Source: Candidatus Fermentithermobacillaceae bacterium (lineage in GTDB: Bacteria > Bacillota > Sulfobacillia > Fermentithermobacillales > Fermentithermobacillaceae). From it: 64,000 nt of DNA. Each line of letters opens with the position of its first letter. Positions within the stretch are counted from its first letter, which is position 1. Location of the stretch: assembly GCA_012840345.1 (NCBI GenBank), contig DULO01000031.1, forward strand, positions 26,421 through 90,420, given 5' to 3'. Position numbers and translations under genes: made by a program. The notes under the pieces were generated by a model that did no database searches, was not told the origin of the DNA, and worked only from the letters and a program-made list of their open reading frames with translations. This document shows, in pieces, positions 9,280 through 17,597 of the stretch.

Positions 9280-11247
9280 CTATGTTATCTTGGAGCGGGC
9301 CCACCGGCCCCTCTCGAGCATCACGCCGGCAAGGTCGTCTCCTTGGGAGTACAGGTGCTCTCCATAGGCCTCACAAGCGAGGCCCTCCAGGAAGGGATCG
9401 GAAAACAAACGGGAATCCCTGATAGCTTCCGCGAAATGGCGGTTGGCGGCGACAACGCTTCCGAAACGAGCCTCGGCCTCCCCCAAAGCCACGGAGGACA
9501 CTACTCTGCCTTCTTCATCGCCCAGGGCGTGAAGCGACGTCCACGCCGCGCGCGCCCTTTCCAGAAGGTCCTCTCCATTCTCTTGAAGCCTTAGCGCGCA
9601 CCTTACGGCCCACGCCTCGGCCAAGCACTCTCGCTCTCTATCGCTAAGTCCCCGGGAAAACGCCTTCACAAGCTCCAGTTGCCGCAGGGCTTCGGCGTAC
9701 GCTCCTTCACGGAACCTGACCTTGGCGATTTGCAGCCTCGTCCACGCCTCGGTGGAAGTGTCCCTACCTTCCGAAAGAGCCAGAGCCCTGTTCAGCGAAG
9801 TGACGCTCCTGCCAAGTTCGCCTTTTCGGTAAAAGGCGCGCCCGAGCCCCAATAGAGCGTGAGCCATTAGCGACTGATCTCTTAGTTTTGTAGCTTCGCT
9901 TAGGGCTTCCTCGAACTCCGCCTGGGCGTTTGTGAGCTGCCCTTTCTTAAGGAGTAAGTACGCGAGATCTATACGGGCCCGGGCGGTAAGGCCCGTGTCT
10001 CCCTCTGAAGCTCTAAGGGCTTTCTCCAGGGCTTCTTGGGCTTTTTCAGGCATTCCGAGCCTGGAGTAGAGGCCGCCGGCCACCGACAACCCCATGACAA
10101 GGTCCCTTCGCTTGGAGGTCCTTTCCCAATACGACAGGTTTCGTTCCTGGTATACCAGAGCCTCCTCTAAGTCTCCCAAGTTCGAGCATACGGTGACCAT
10201 CATTTGATACGCTACGGACCTTTGGTCGGGATCTGTCCTTAGGACGGCGTCCAGCGAAAGGACTACCTTCAACCTTTCTTTGGCTACTCTCCACCATCCG
10301 AGGCTCAAAGACTTCTCCGCCGACGCTCTGTACCAGGTCCTCGCCTTGGACAAGTCCTGGGCATCCAAATACAGCTGGGCCAAGATATCCGGGTCCGTAT
10401 CGGGGTACTTCTCCTCAAGGTACCGGGCCAGCGAACAAAGAGCCTCACGACGCGGTTCCAGCGGCACCCACGTCTTTAGGACTGAAGCCGGCACCCTTTC
10501 CGAGAGGCGGACGACCCCGTCCCCCGAAGACGTGGGGACGAGGGAAGCTATCCCTGCCGTGGACAGAGATTCCAACGCCCTAAGCACGCACTGGACGGGC
10601 AAGGCCGTGGCCGCCTCAAGGTACTCCAAAGGCACCTCCCGAAATATGCCTGCCAAACTGCCGAGAACCGCTCCCACGCGCCTTTCGGGAACTCCCAATT
10701 GGTGCTCGGGAATAAGAGCGCGGCCCTCCTGTTCCATCGTCTCGCCTTTAGCGGCCGCCTTGGACGCTTGCCACCGCGCGATAGTGTTCCGCAAGACGCT
10801 GCCCAGGCGGCGTACCTCGGCGTCAGTGAGGGTGTTGACCTCACGGTAAAAAGCGGCGACTAGATAGGGGTCGGTAAGATTCAGGGAGTTCAGGAAGTCT
10901 TCAAATGCCCCTGTATCCCGGACGTCCACGGGCTCTTGAAGCCCGTGCGTCTCCCGCGACCCGACATGCCCCGCCTCTTGGGGCTCAGGAGCGGTCGTGA
11001 CGTCTGAAACCTCCTCGTCCAAAGGCATGTAGAGGCTGGACACCGACACGTCAAGCGCCAAAGCCAGAGCGTCCTTGTGATGATCGCTCAGGTTTTCCCT
11101 CTCGCCCGAAAGGATCAATGAAAAATACGAGGGACTCAGGCCGGCCATCTCGGCCAGCTCCTTTACTTTCAATCCCCGTTCTTTCATGAGCCTCTTTATG
11201 TTGTTGCGGAAAAGCTCGCTTGACTTCATCGGCATCGCCGGCATCAC
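9280..11247 (-). CDS. XRE-family HTH regulator with STAND-like winged-helix/arm and TPR sensor region
   Basis: NIKRLMKERGLKVKELAEMAGLSPSYFSLILSGER..LALALDVSVSSL (HTH_3); multiple TPR-like repeats; no Walker A motif seen. Confidence 0.8.
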   Translation of the reverse strand: MMPAMPMKSSELFRNNIKRLMKERGLKVKELAEMAGLSPSYFSLILSGERENLSDHHKDALALALDVSVSSLYMPLDEEVSDVTTAPEPQEAGHVGSRETHGLQEPVDVRDTGAFEDFLNSLNLTDPYLVAAFYREVNTLTDAEVRRLGSVLRNTIARWQASKAAAKGETMEQEGRALIPEHQLGVPERRVGAVLGSLAGIFREVPLEYLEAATALPVQCVLRALESLSTAGIASLVPTSSGDGVVRLSERVPASVLKTWVPLEPRREALCSLARYLEEKYPDTDPDILAQLYLDAQDLSKARTWYRASAEKSLSLGWWRVAKERLKVVLSLDAVLRTDPDQRSVAYQMMVTVCSNLGDLEEALVYQERNLSYWERTSKRRDLVMGLSVAGGLYSRLGMPEKAQEALEKALRASEGDTGLTARARIDLAYLLLKKGQLTNAQAEFEEALSEATKLRDQSLMAHALLGLGRAFYRKGELGRSVTSLNRALALSEGRDTSTEAWTRLQIAKVRFREGAYAEALRQLELVKAFSRGLSDRERECLAEAWAVRCALRLQENGEDLLERARAAWTSLHALGDEEGRVVSSVALGEAEARFGSVVAANRHFAEAIRDSRLFSDPFLEGLACEAYGEHLYSQGDDLAGVMLERGRWARSKIT

Positions 11248-12405
11248 CTAACCCCGGTCTCTCAGAAGGATATTTGATACGGGAACCAAGAGCGTCTCAC
11301 CGGTTTCCGTCGCCACCTTAGCCCCCGGTAACAGGAGGTCGTTTTCGAGCTTCAACTCAGGCAGGATCTCCACCACCGTGCCTTCTTTCACGGCGGTTGT
11401 GAGGCCTAGGACGCTGACCCTGTCCCCAAGTCCGAGCTCTCCCAGGCGGCATACGGGTTTTTCGGCCTCCTTGGCGACGGCTCCGCCGTTCAGCGGGATG
11501 ACGACCGCGGGCTCATCCGACCCGTTTCCGCCTCCGTCTATGTAGACCGGGTTGCCCTCGCTCTCGGCCAAAAGGGCGAACGCTTCGCCGCCCATGGGCG
11601 AGTCTCCATAGCCCTCGGTTACCACCAATGCCGGTACAATCTCGCTGGGAGAAGGCTCCAAATCCCGGTTCTTGGCGTCCCTTGCCCAATATCTGGCCAG
11701 GAACTCGTCCCAGTCCAAAGACCCTGCAAGGTCCGAGTACCACTCAAATAACCCGCGGCTCACGCTGCCCGCGATGATGCCGGAAACCCTGAACCTTAGG
11801 CAAGCTTCTAGGACTTCTTTGGACACGGAACGGCCGGCAACTATCACTTTCCCCGCGTCGTCCGCCGTGAAGTCCCTGGCGCTTAACTTGTCCGACGGAG
11901 TCTTCGCCTTCATGGAAAGCACCCCCGCCCGACCGTAGCCGGCACCAACAGAAGCCTTAACCAGGTTGCCGTACGTTCTGACCCACACTCCCCTGGCTTC
12001 GTCGGTTTTCTCGACGATTCCGGGAAGGCGGCAATACAAGCTCACCGGCGCTTCCTTGATGGCAATCGAGCCTATGGAAGGAATGAGGGCTACCACTTCC
12101 CCATCACAAGGCGCTGTGTACTCGGTGTATCCCAGCCCAAAGAAGTATGAGTAGTACGCCAGCACCTCGCCGCGCTTTACCTTTTGGCCTTCTTGGACCA
12201 GAACCGTCGCCGAAAAACCTTCTCCCGACGATTCCACCCTGACTTGCCTGAGCCTTCTCCGAGAAGCGTACGTGCCTGCTAGTGTATCCCACGTGACCTC
12301 CGACCCGACGTCTACTTGGGGCTCGCCGATGGAACCAAAGGCCCTTAAGCGCACAATTGGGGTATTGCGGGCAACTCGGGGTTCGTTGAGGGCGTAAAGC
12401 GTCAT
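11248..12405 (-). CDS. paralog of the 2525-3937 GlmL-associated hybrid/KOW protein
   Basis: LVQEGQKVKRGEVLA..TAPCDGEV; VVTEGYGDSPM..F.LL; C-terminal LGDRVSVLG..GTVVEI..VPVSNI. Confidence 0.7.
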   Translation of the reverse strand: MTLYALNEPRVARNTPIVRLRAFGSIGEPQVDVGSEVTWDTLAGTYASRRRLRQVRVESSGEGFSATVLVQEGQKVKRGEVLAYYSYFFGLGYTEYTAPCDGEVVALIPSIGSIAIKEAPVSLYCRLPGIVEKTDEARGVWVRTYGNLVKASVGAGYGRAGVLSMKAKTPSDKLSARDFTADDAGKVIVAGRSVSKEVLEACLRFRVSGIIAGSVSRGLFEWYSDLAGSLDWDEFLARYWARDAKNRDLEPSPSEIVPALVVTEGYGDSPMGGEAFALLAESEGNPVYIDGGGNGSDEPAVVIPLNGGAVAKEAEKPVCRLGELGLGDRVSVLGLTTAVKEGTVVEILPELKLENDLLLPGAKVATETGETLLVPVSNILLRDRG

Positions 12406-14132
12406 TGACCTCTCCCCCTCTCCCAGCCTGATAGAACTTGCTCGGGGAAGACGCCAAGGTTCCTGTACCAGCCTATGATTTCACGGGGAGAGATTCTCTC
12501 CAGGGTTCTAAGCTGCGGCCTGGGGCGTCCGTCCACATAAATCCGGGAAAAGCCGGGCGGAAGATCCCGCACGGTCTTTCGTCCGGGTCCCTCGCCCAAG
12601 TCTTCTTGGCGTGAAGGGTCCAACGTGATTTCCACGGCGGAACCATTTGCGATGGGAACTAACGTTATCTCGCCCATACTCACGGGCAGCTGCTCGTACG
12701 TCCCGTCCAATCTCGCCGAGGCCCATCCCGCGCCGACGCGGTCTCTGTCTTCGCCGGGGGCGACCAGGACGGCCAGAGGCAAGAGACTCTCCAGTATGTT
12801 TGCGCTTCCGGAAGGAAGCAGGCCGGCTACCTGCAGCGCGTTGCAAGTATCAAGGTAGACGCCCACGCCTCCCGCGACCTGCGCGCCGTCCATAACCAAA
12901 GACAGGACCGCTTCCCGGGAAAGGACCCGGGACAGGACGCCGGTCACGACTATCCGCCTCAAGGTAGGCATCTTCAAGAGCGTATCCCCGCCCGAGACTT
13001 CCACTTGGAAAGTCTCCCCTACCTGTCTTTGCCGGTGCACGCCGCGAAGTTCTATGGCGGTGGCCTTATGCTCGGCGATACCTTCCCTTATGGCTTCTTT
13101 CCAAACCGCGAGAAAGACCGATAACTCGTTCCAAGTGGTGGGCAAAACGTGCGGCCGGAGTACCAGGTTGCCTATGAAATCGCCCAGGTTTTCCGCCATT
13201 TGAGGGTGAGGAAGCCATTTGGCCACTTTGTTGGGGTTTACCTTGGCGACCGGGGTCACGGTTCTGGTGAACACTCCCTTGATGCCGGAGAAGACCTGCA
13301 CCGCGTCGCCGTCCAGGGACAGGCCCAAGACGTTCTCGCCCGTTTCCTCGTAGAGCCCCTCGAAAGCAAGGCCCGCCGCGTACCCCGACGGGAAGACTTC
13401 CGGCAAACCCAGCTTGCCTAGACCTTGGAACTTAGGGTCAGAGCGCACGTTTTCCGAAAACGAGCCTACGACCGCGTCGCGCGCTGAAGCTAAGTGCTCT
13501 TCCTCGAGCTTTGCCCTAACGTTGTCGGCCCAGATTATCTCGATATCCCCCAGGATCCTGGCCACTTCCTCCCGGGCTTCTTGAGAACCCGCGTAGACCA
13601 GGGGAATCCTGTCATCGCTCCATCCTTTCTTGGGCAACCCTTTGGCTAGGACTCTGGCGATGTTGAGGATCTGATGGGTTCCGGACTCCATAATTTCCTC
13701 GTCTACCCCGCCGGCCATGACGGCGACGGACACATCCTGGCGGCGCAAGTCCGAAATCCTCTCGAAATCCTGGCGGCCGTCATCGACGCAAACCAGATCG
13801 GTCACAGTGGCGCCGGCCAACAAAGCGGCTCTCTTGGCGGATTCCCCCGAGATGCCCTTGACTACTCCCGCGCATACCGCCTTGGGTTCCCCGCCTGCGC
13901 TAAGGGTCACCATGACGCCTTCATTCTCGTAAGAGGACTTGTCCTCTGACATTCGGGATCCGATGACGTCCAGTACCTCGCCCAACCCCAAAGTTCGTTC
14001 ATCTTTGCTCGCCGGCGGCGGAGTGGGACAGGAAACGCGCTCTAGCTGGACAATCCTGCCGCCCTCGATAGCCAGGGCGCGGGCTTCGGTAACCGTACTG
14101 CCTACGTCTATATGAAAGATACTCTTGGTCAT
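12402..14132 (-). CDS. GlmL/MutL-family ASKHA protein, degenerate paralog
   Basis: Start MTKSIFHIDVGSTVTE (ATG 14132, GGGAGG RBS); SAGG, AGGVD, YAGS retained; phosphate-2 replaced by LSLDGDAVQVFS; same C-terminal DLGEGPGR..VDGRPRP domain. Confidence 0.75.
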   Translation of the reverse strand: MTKSIFHIDVGSTVTEARALAIEGGRIVQLERVSCPTPPPASKDERTLGLGEVLDVIGSRMSEDKSSYENEGVMVTLSAGGEPKAVCAGVVKGISGESAKRAALLAGATVTDLVCVDDGRQDFERISDLRRQDVSVAVMAGGVDEEIMESGTHQILNIARVLAKGLPKKGWSDDRIPLVYAGSQEAREEVARILGDIEIIWADNVRAKLEEEHLASARDAVVGSFSENVRSDPKFQGLGKLGLPEVFPSGYAAGLAFEGLYEETGENVLGLSLDGDAVQVFSGIKGVFTRTVTPVAKVNPNKVAKWLPHPQMAENLGDFIGNLVLRPHVLPTTWNELSVFLAVWKEAIREGIAEHKATAIELRGVHRQRQVGETFQVEVSGGDTLLKMPTLRRIVVTGVLSRVLSREAVLSLVMDGAQVAGGVGVYLDTCNALQVAGLLPSGSANILESLLPLAVLVAPGEDRDRVGAGWASARLDGTYEQLPVSMGEITLVPIANGSAVEITLDPSRQEDLGEGPGRKTVRDLPPGFSRIYVDGRPRPQLRTLERISPREIIGWYRNLGVFPEQVLSGWERGRGQ

Positions 14133-14133
14133 C

Positions 14134-14838
14134 TCAGCCCTCCCGTGCCATTCCTCCGTCGTATACGCGGGTGATGCGCCCGTCGAGCATCTCCACAACC
14201 CGGTGCGCCCACCTGGTGATCGAAGGATCATGTGAAACCACGACAAAGGTCTGGCCTCTTTCTACATTGAGTCTGTGGAAGATCTCGCCGATCTCCGACG
14301 AAGTCTTGGAGTCCAGATTCCCGGTTGGCTCGTCGGCCAGCACTATCGCGGGTTGGTTGGCCAAGGCCCTGGCGATAGCCACTCGCTGCTGCTCCCCTCC
14401 GGATAGCTCTAAAGGCTTGTGATCTTGCCTTTGGCCTAGGCCTACTTGAACCAAGAGCTCTCTCGCCCGTTCAGTCATGGCCTTCTTGCTCATTCCGCCA
14501 AACCTCATGGGCAACATCACGTTCTCGAGCGCTGTGAAGTGGGCTATGAGGTTAAAGAACTGGAACACGAACCCGACCTTGTTCCGCCTGATCCGGGCCA
14601 GACCGCTTTCGGAAAGCTGGGAGTATCTCTGGCCGTCCAGGATGACATCCCCGCTCTGGGGCCTGTCTAACCCTCCCAAGAGCCCAAGGAGCGTGCTCTT
14701 GCCGCTGCCCGAGGGGCCCATCAAAACGATGAATTCGCCGCGGTCCACTACCAGGTTCACGTCGTTGACCGCGTAGATTGTCTGTCCCAAGTGAAAGGAT
14801 TTCTTGAGGTTCACTGTCCTCAGGATAGGCTCATCCAA
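14134..14838 (-). CDS. ABC ATP-binding protein, LolD/MacB type
   Basis: GPSGSGKST, VFQFFNL, LSGGEQQRVAIARAL, ADEPTGNLD. Confidence 0.95.
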   Translation of the reverse strand: MDEPILRTVNLKKSFHLGQTIYAVNDVNLVVDRGEFIVLMGPSGSGKSTLLGLLGGLDRPQSGDVILDGQRYSQLSESGLARIRRNKVGFVFQFFNLIAHFTALENVMLPMRFGGMSKKAMTERARELLVQVGLGQRQDHKPLELSGGEQQRVAIARALANQPAIVLADEPTGNLDSKTSSEIGEIFHRLNVERGQTFVVVSHDPSITRWAHRVVEMLDGRITRVYDGGMAREG

Positions 14839-14901
14839 TGGGAATACCCCCGCGTGGTTACTAAGTGACGCTTTTCACTATCCCGGTAGTTACTTCTTCG
14901 C

Positions 14902-14987
14902 AGGACACCCATATCCTTTCCGAGAATGCTTCGGGAACAGTAGGATCCCCTGGATAAAGGAGGTTCCCGGCAGGATACGGGTGTCCT
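14902..14987 (-). other. long stem-loop, putative structured RNA element
   Basis: ~24-bp inverted repeat 14902-14926 / 14964-14987; two substitutions form G-U pairs on the minus strand. Confidence 0.6.
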
Positions 14988-14998
14988 CGTTCCCGTAC

Positions 14999-16204
14999 TT
15001 ATCCTTGGACTTTCTTTCTCAGGTACTCCTTGGCTTCGGCCAACAACTCGGGCTCCAGCAGGAGGTCCACGGCGCACAATGACAAGACCGAAGCGGCGTC
15101 CACGGTGGCGTCGATACCCTGGTCCGTGACGGTAGCGTCGGCCATGTCGGTCGAGTGGCCCCTGGCGTCGCCGATCCTGAAGCCGATTTGAATGGACGGA
15201 GTAACCCACGTTACGTTGCCGACATCGGTAACTCCGCCTCCGCCTCCGGTCTCCTGATTAAGCTCGTGCCCTATGTACTCAAAGTTCTTGCGGGCCAGTT
15301 CTTTCAGCACAGGGTGTTCCAGAGTGTCCCGGAATAGGTTTTCGTGATGCCGGAACTCCACGGTGGTTCCATTGGCCAACGCGGCGCCCTCCGCGCATCT
15401 CTTCACCCTGGGAATGATCACGTCCTCGAGGTAGCGCCAATCGGTGCAGCGCAAGGTGAACCTCATGACCGCCTTATCGGGGATGATGTTCTGAGCGTCT
15501 CCGCCGTGGGTGATGATGCCCGCGATCCTTACATCGTCTCTCAGGCTATGCCGGAGGTTGCGGATGGCGATGTAAGCTTGAACGCAGGCGTCTAGGGCGT
15601 TTATGCCGCCTTGAGGGTTGCCGCCCGCGTGGGCCGAGCGCCCGTGAAACGTGATCTCTATGGGGTGGGAAGCCCACGCCACGCCGCCGCCCACCGAGTC
15701 ACGCTGGCCGGGATGGGCGATAAACGCGGCGTCTATATCGTCAAAGACTCCCTGCTCGGACATGATTACTTTGCCTCCGACAGTCTCCTCGGCCGGCGTG
15801 CCCAACACTATCCATGACGGGCCGCCATCAGAAAGGCTTCCGGCAGGAATGACGGAACTGCAGGCGATGCCGGCCGCGACCGCGCAGGCCGCCATCAAGT
15901 TGTGACCGCACCCGTGTCCTATGGCCGGGAGCGCGTCGTACTCCGCCATGAACGCTATGGCAGGTTTGCCTGTTCCCTTGCGCGCGAAGAATGAGGTGGG
16001 TAGCCCCGCCAATCCCCGTTCCACCTGAAAGCCGTTCTCTTCAAGGATCCCGACAAGTTTGTCAGCCGCGAAGTACTCGTTGAGCCCCGTCTCAGGATGC
16101 TCGTAGAGGGACACCGCGATGTCAGAAACAAGAGGCCTAAGTACTTTTGCCGTCTCGACAATCTGCTTCCGAATCCGGTCTCTGTCACACGCTTCTTTTT
16201 TCAA
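14999..16204 (-). CDS. M20D family amidohydrolase (Acy1L2/AbgB-like)
   Basis: HPETGLNE, AEYDALP, HGCGHNL, GTPAEE, HP, G.SAHA..P..GINALDA, TDVGNV. Confidence 0.9.
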   Translation of the reverse strand: MKKEACDRDRIRKQIVETAKVLRPLVSDIAVSLYEHPETGLNEYFAADKLVGILEENGFQVERGLAGLPTSFFARKGTGKPAIAFMAEYDALPAIGHGCGHNLMAACAVAAGIACSSVIPAGSLSDGGPSWIVLGTPAEETVGGKVIMSEQGVFDDIDAAFIAHPGQRDSVGGGVAWASHPIEITFHGRSAHAGGNPQGGINALDACVQAYIAIRNLRHSLRDDVRIAGIITHGGDAQNIIPDKAVMRFTLRCTDWRYLEDVIIPRVKRCAEGAALANGTTVEFRHHENLFRDTLEHPVLKELARKNFEYIGHELNQETGGGGGVTDVGNVTWVTPSIQIGFRIGDARGHSTDMADATVTDQGIDATVDAASVLSLCAVDLLLEPELLAEAKEYLRKKVQG

Positions 16205-16250
16205 TTATTTACCTCCTCCGGTCTCCGGGTCGAATGTCGGTCCCTAGGGC

Positions 16251-17597
16251 TTACACTCCCAAAAAAGTGGCCGCCAGGAGCCAAATCGCTTCTCCCCGGG
16301 TGACGCCGGTATCGCCGGCTTCTCGGGAACGCTTTAGAACCAAGGCTTTTCTTCTCGCGCATTCCTCCTCGTTTATGCTGAGATTGGAGATCACGTCCAA
16401 GCAAGCCTCCATGATGTCTTTCCTATCTACTCTCTTCGACTCACCGGAAAACCTTCCCGCCCGGCCCTTGGCAGCCATCCGCTGAGAGATGACTTGGAAC
16501 AGGCCGCGGTCGGAAGCGTCTTCGAGTTTCGAGTTTCTTTGGGCGGCGTACGGGACTCCGGCCGGAACGGACATCAGGTTTAGCTCACGGACCGTAATCG
16601 GCTTCGAGGGGCGGACCCGGTTGTCCGCGTAGGTCACTATGTATCCGGCGCGCAAGAGGGCTTCCGCCGCGGGATACAGGGGATCGTCAGGGGGCAAGTC
16701 GGTGAACTGGGACATTTTAAGAAGCTCGGAGACGGTAACGACCTCGTAGCCGTAGGCCTTCAACACCGCCAGCTGCCGCTTAAGCCCAAAAGGCGCGGGC
16801 GCTTCCGAGGACATGTTGTAACCGTCTTTGTGAAAGATTATGGAACCGTTAAGGCAGTCCGGATCGTTGGATAGAGCTTCTTCCAACGGTCGGACCATGT
16901 TTTCCACGTCTCTTTGGAAGTCGCCTGTGGAAGCCTGCCACCCGCCTCCGTCAAAGCTGGCTCCCAAGTACATGTAGCCCAGAGCACGGTACGCGTCGTA
17001 GGCGTCGTAGCCTCCCAAGATCCGGTCGATATAGTGGGGCGGCCTGCCCAGCTCCATTTTCACGCCGCAAAGGGACAAGACGAAGTCATCCAGCGCCCTA
17101 AGGTCCTCTACCACCGCGTCGAAACTTGGGAGAAACCCGCGGAACGCGTAAGGGTACTTGTTGGGGCCAAAGGCGGCGTGGCTGAACCCGTGGTTGGAAA
17201 GCTGGTGGCCCTCGGCGACTATGCGTTTCACGAGGTCAGGCTGGTTTACGGCGCCTCCAAGGTGGTCTTGCCCAAACTCAGGATAGTGGTCGTACCTTAC
17301 CCCATTCCAGTACGGGCCGCCGTTCTTCCCTTTCGTGTCCGGATACTTGAACTTGGTGGAGCCGATAATGTCAAAAGTGCCCTTAGCGCCAGCTTCCTTA
17401 AGCGTCTCAAGGATGGATAAAGTGAGAGGTTCGGGCCCCGGCCGGGCGGGGCCCGCGCAAGGCCCGTCGTCAAAGGTTATGGCCACTACCCTCCGCCCGG
17501 GCACGGGAGCCACCCGGTCTATCCTTCTCACCGGGCCGATTTTCTGCGACAGGCGGTAGTTCTTCAGTTTTCTGTATATTTCTCTAGGCCCTTGCAT
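16251..17597 (-). CDS. polysaccharide deacetylase (CE4) with C-terminal SLH-like domain
   Basis: ITFDDGP, NHGFSH, RPPH, IIFHKD; C-terminal FTDLPPDDPLY..L..AGYIVTYADNRVRPSKPITVRE. Confidence 0.8.
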   Translation of the reverse strand: MQGPREIYRKLKNYRLSQKIGPVRRIDRVAPVPGRRVVAITFDDGPCAGPARPGPEPLTLSILETLKEAGAKGTFDIIGSTKFKYPDTKGKNGGPYWNGVRYDHYPEFGQDHLGGAVNQPDLVKRIVAEGHQLSNHGFSHAAFGPNKYPYAFRGFLPSFDAVVEDLRALDDFVLSLCGVKMELGRPPHYIDRILGGYDAYDAYRALGYMYLGASFDGGGWQASTGDFQRDVENMVRPLEEALSNDPDCLNGSIIFHKDGYNMSSEAPAPFGLKRQLAVLKAYGYEVVTVSELLKMSQFTDLPPDDPLYPAAEALLRAGYIVTYADNRVRPSKPITVRELNLMSVPAGVPYAAQRNSKLEDASDRGLFQVISQRMAAKGRAGRFSGESKRVDRKDIMEACLDVISNLSINEEECARRKALVLKRSREAGDTGVTRGEAIWLLAATFLGV

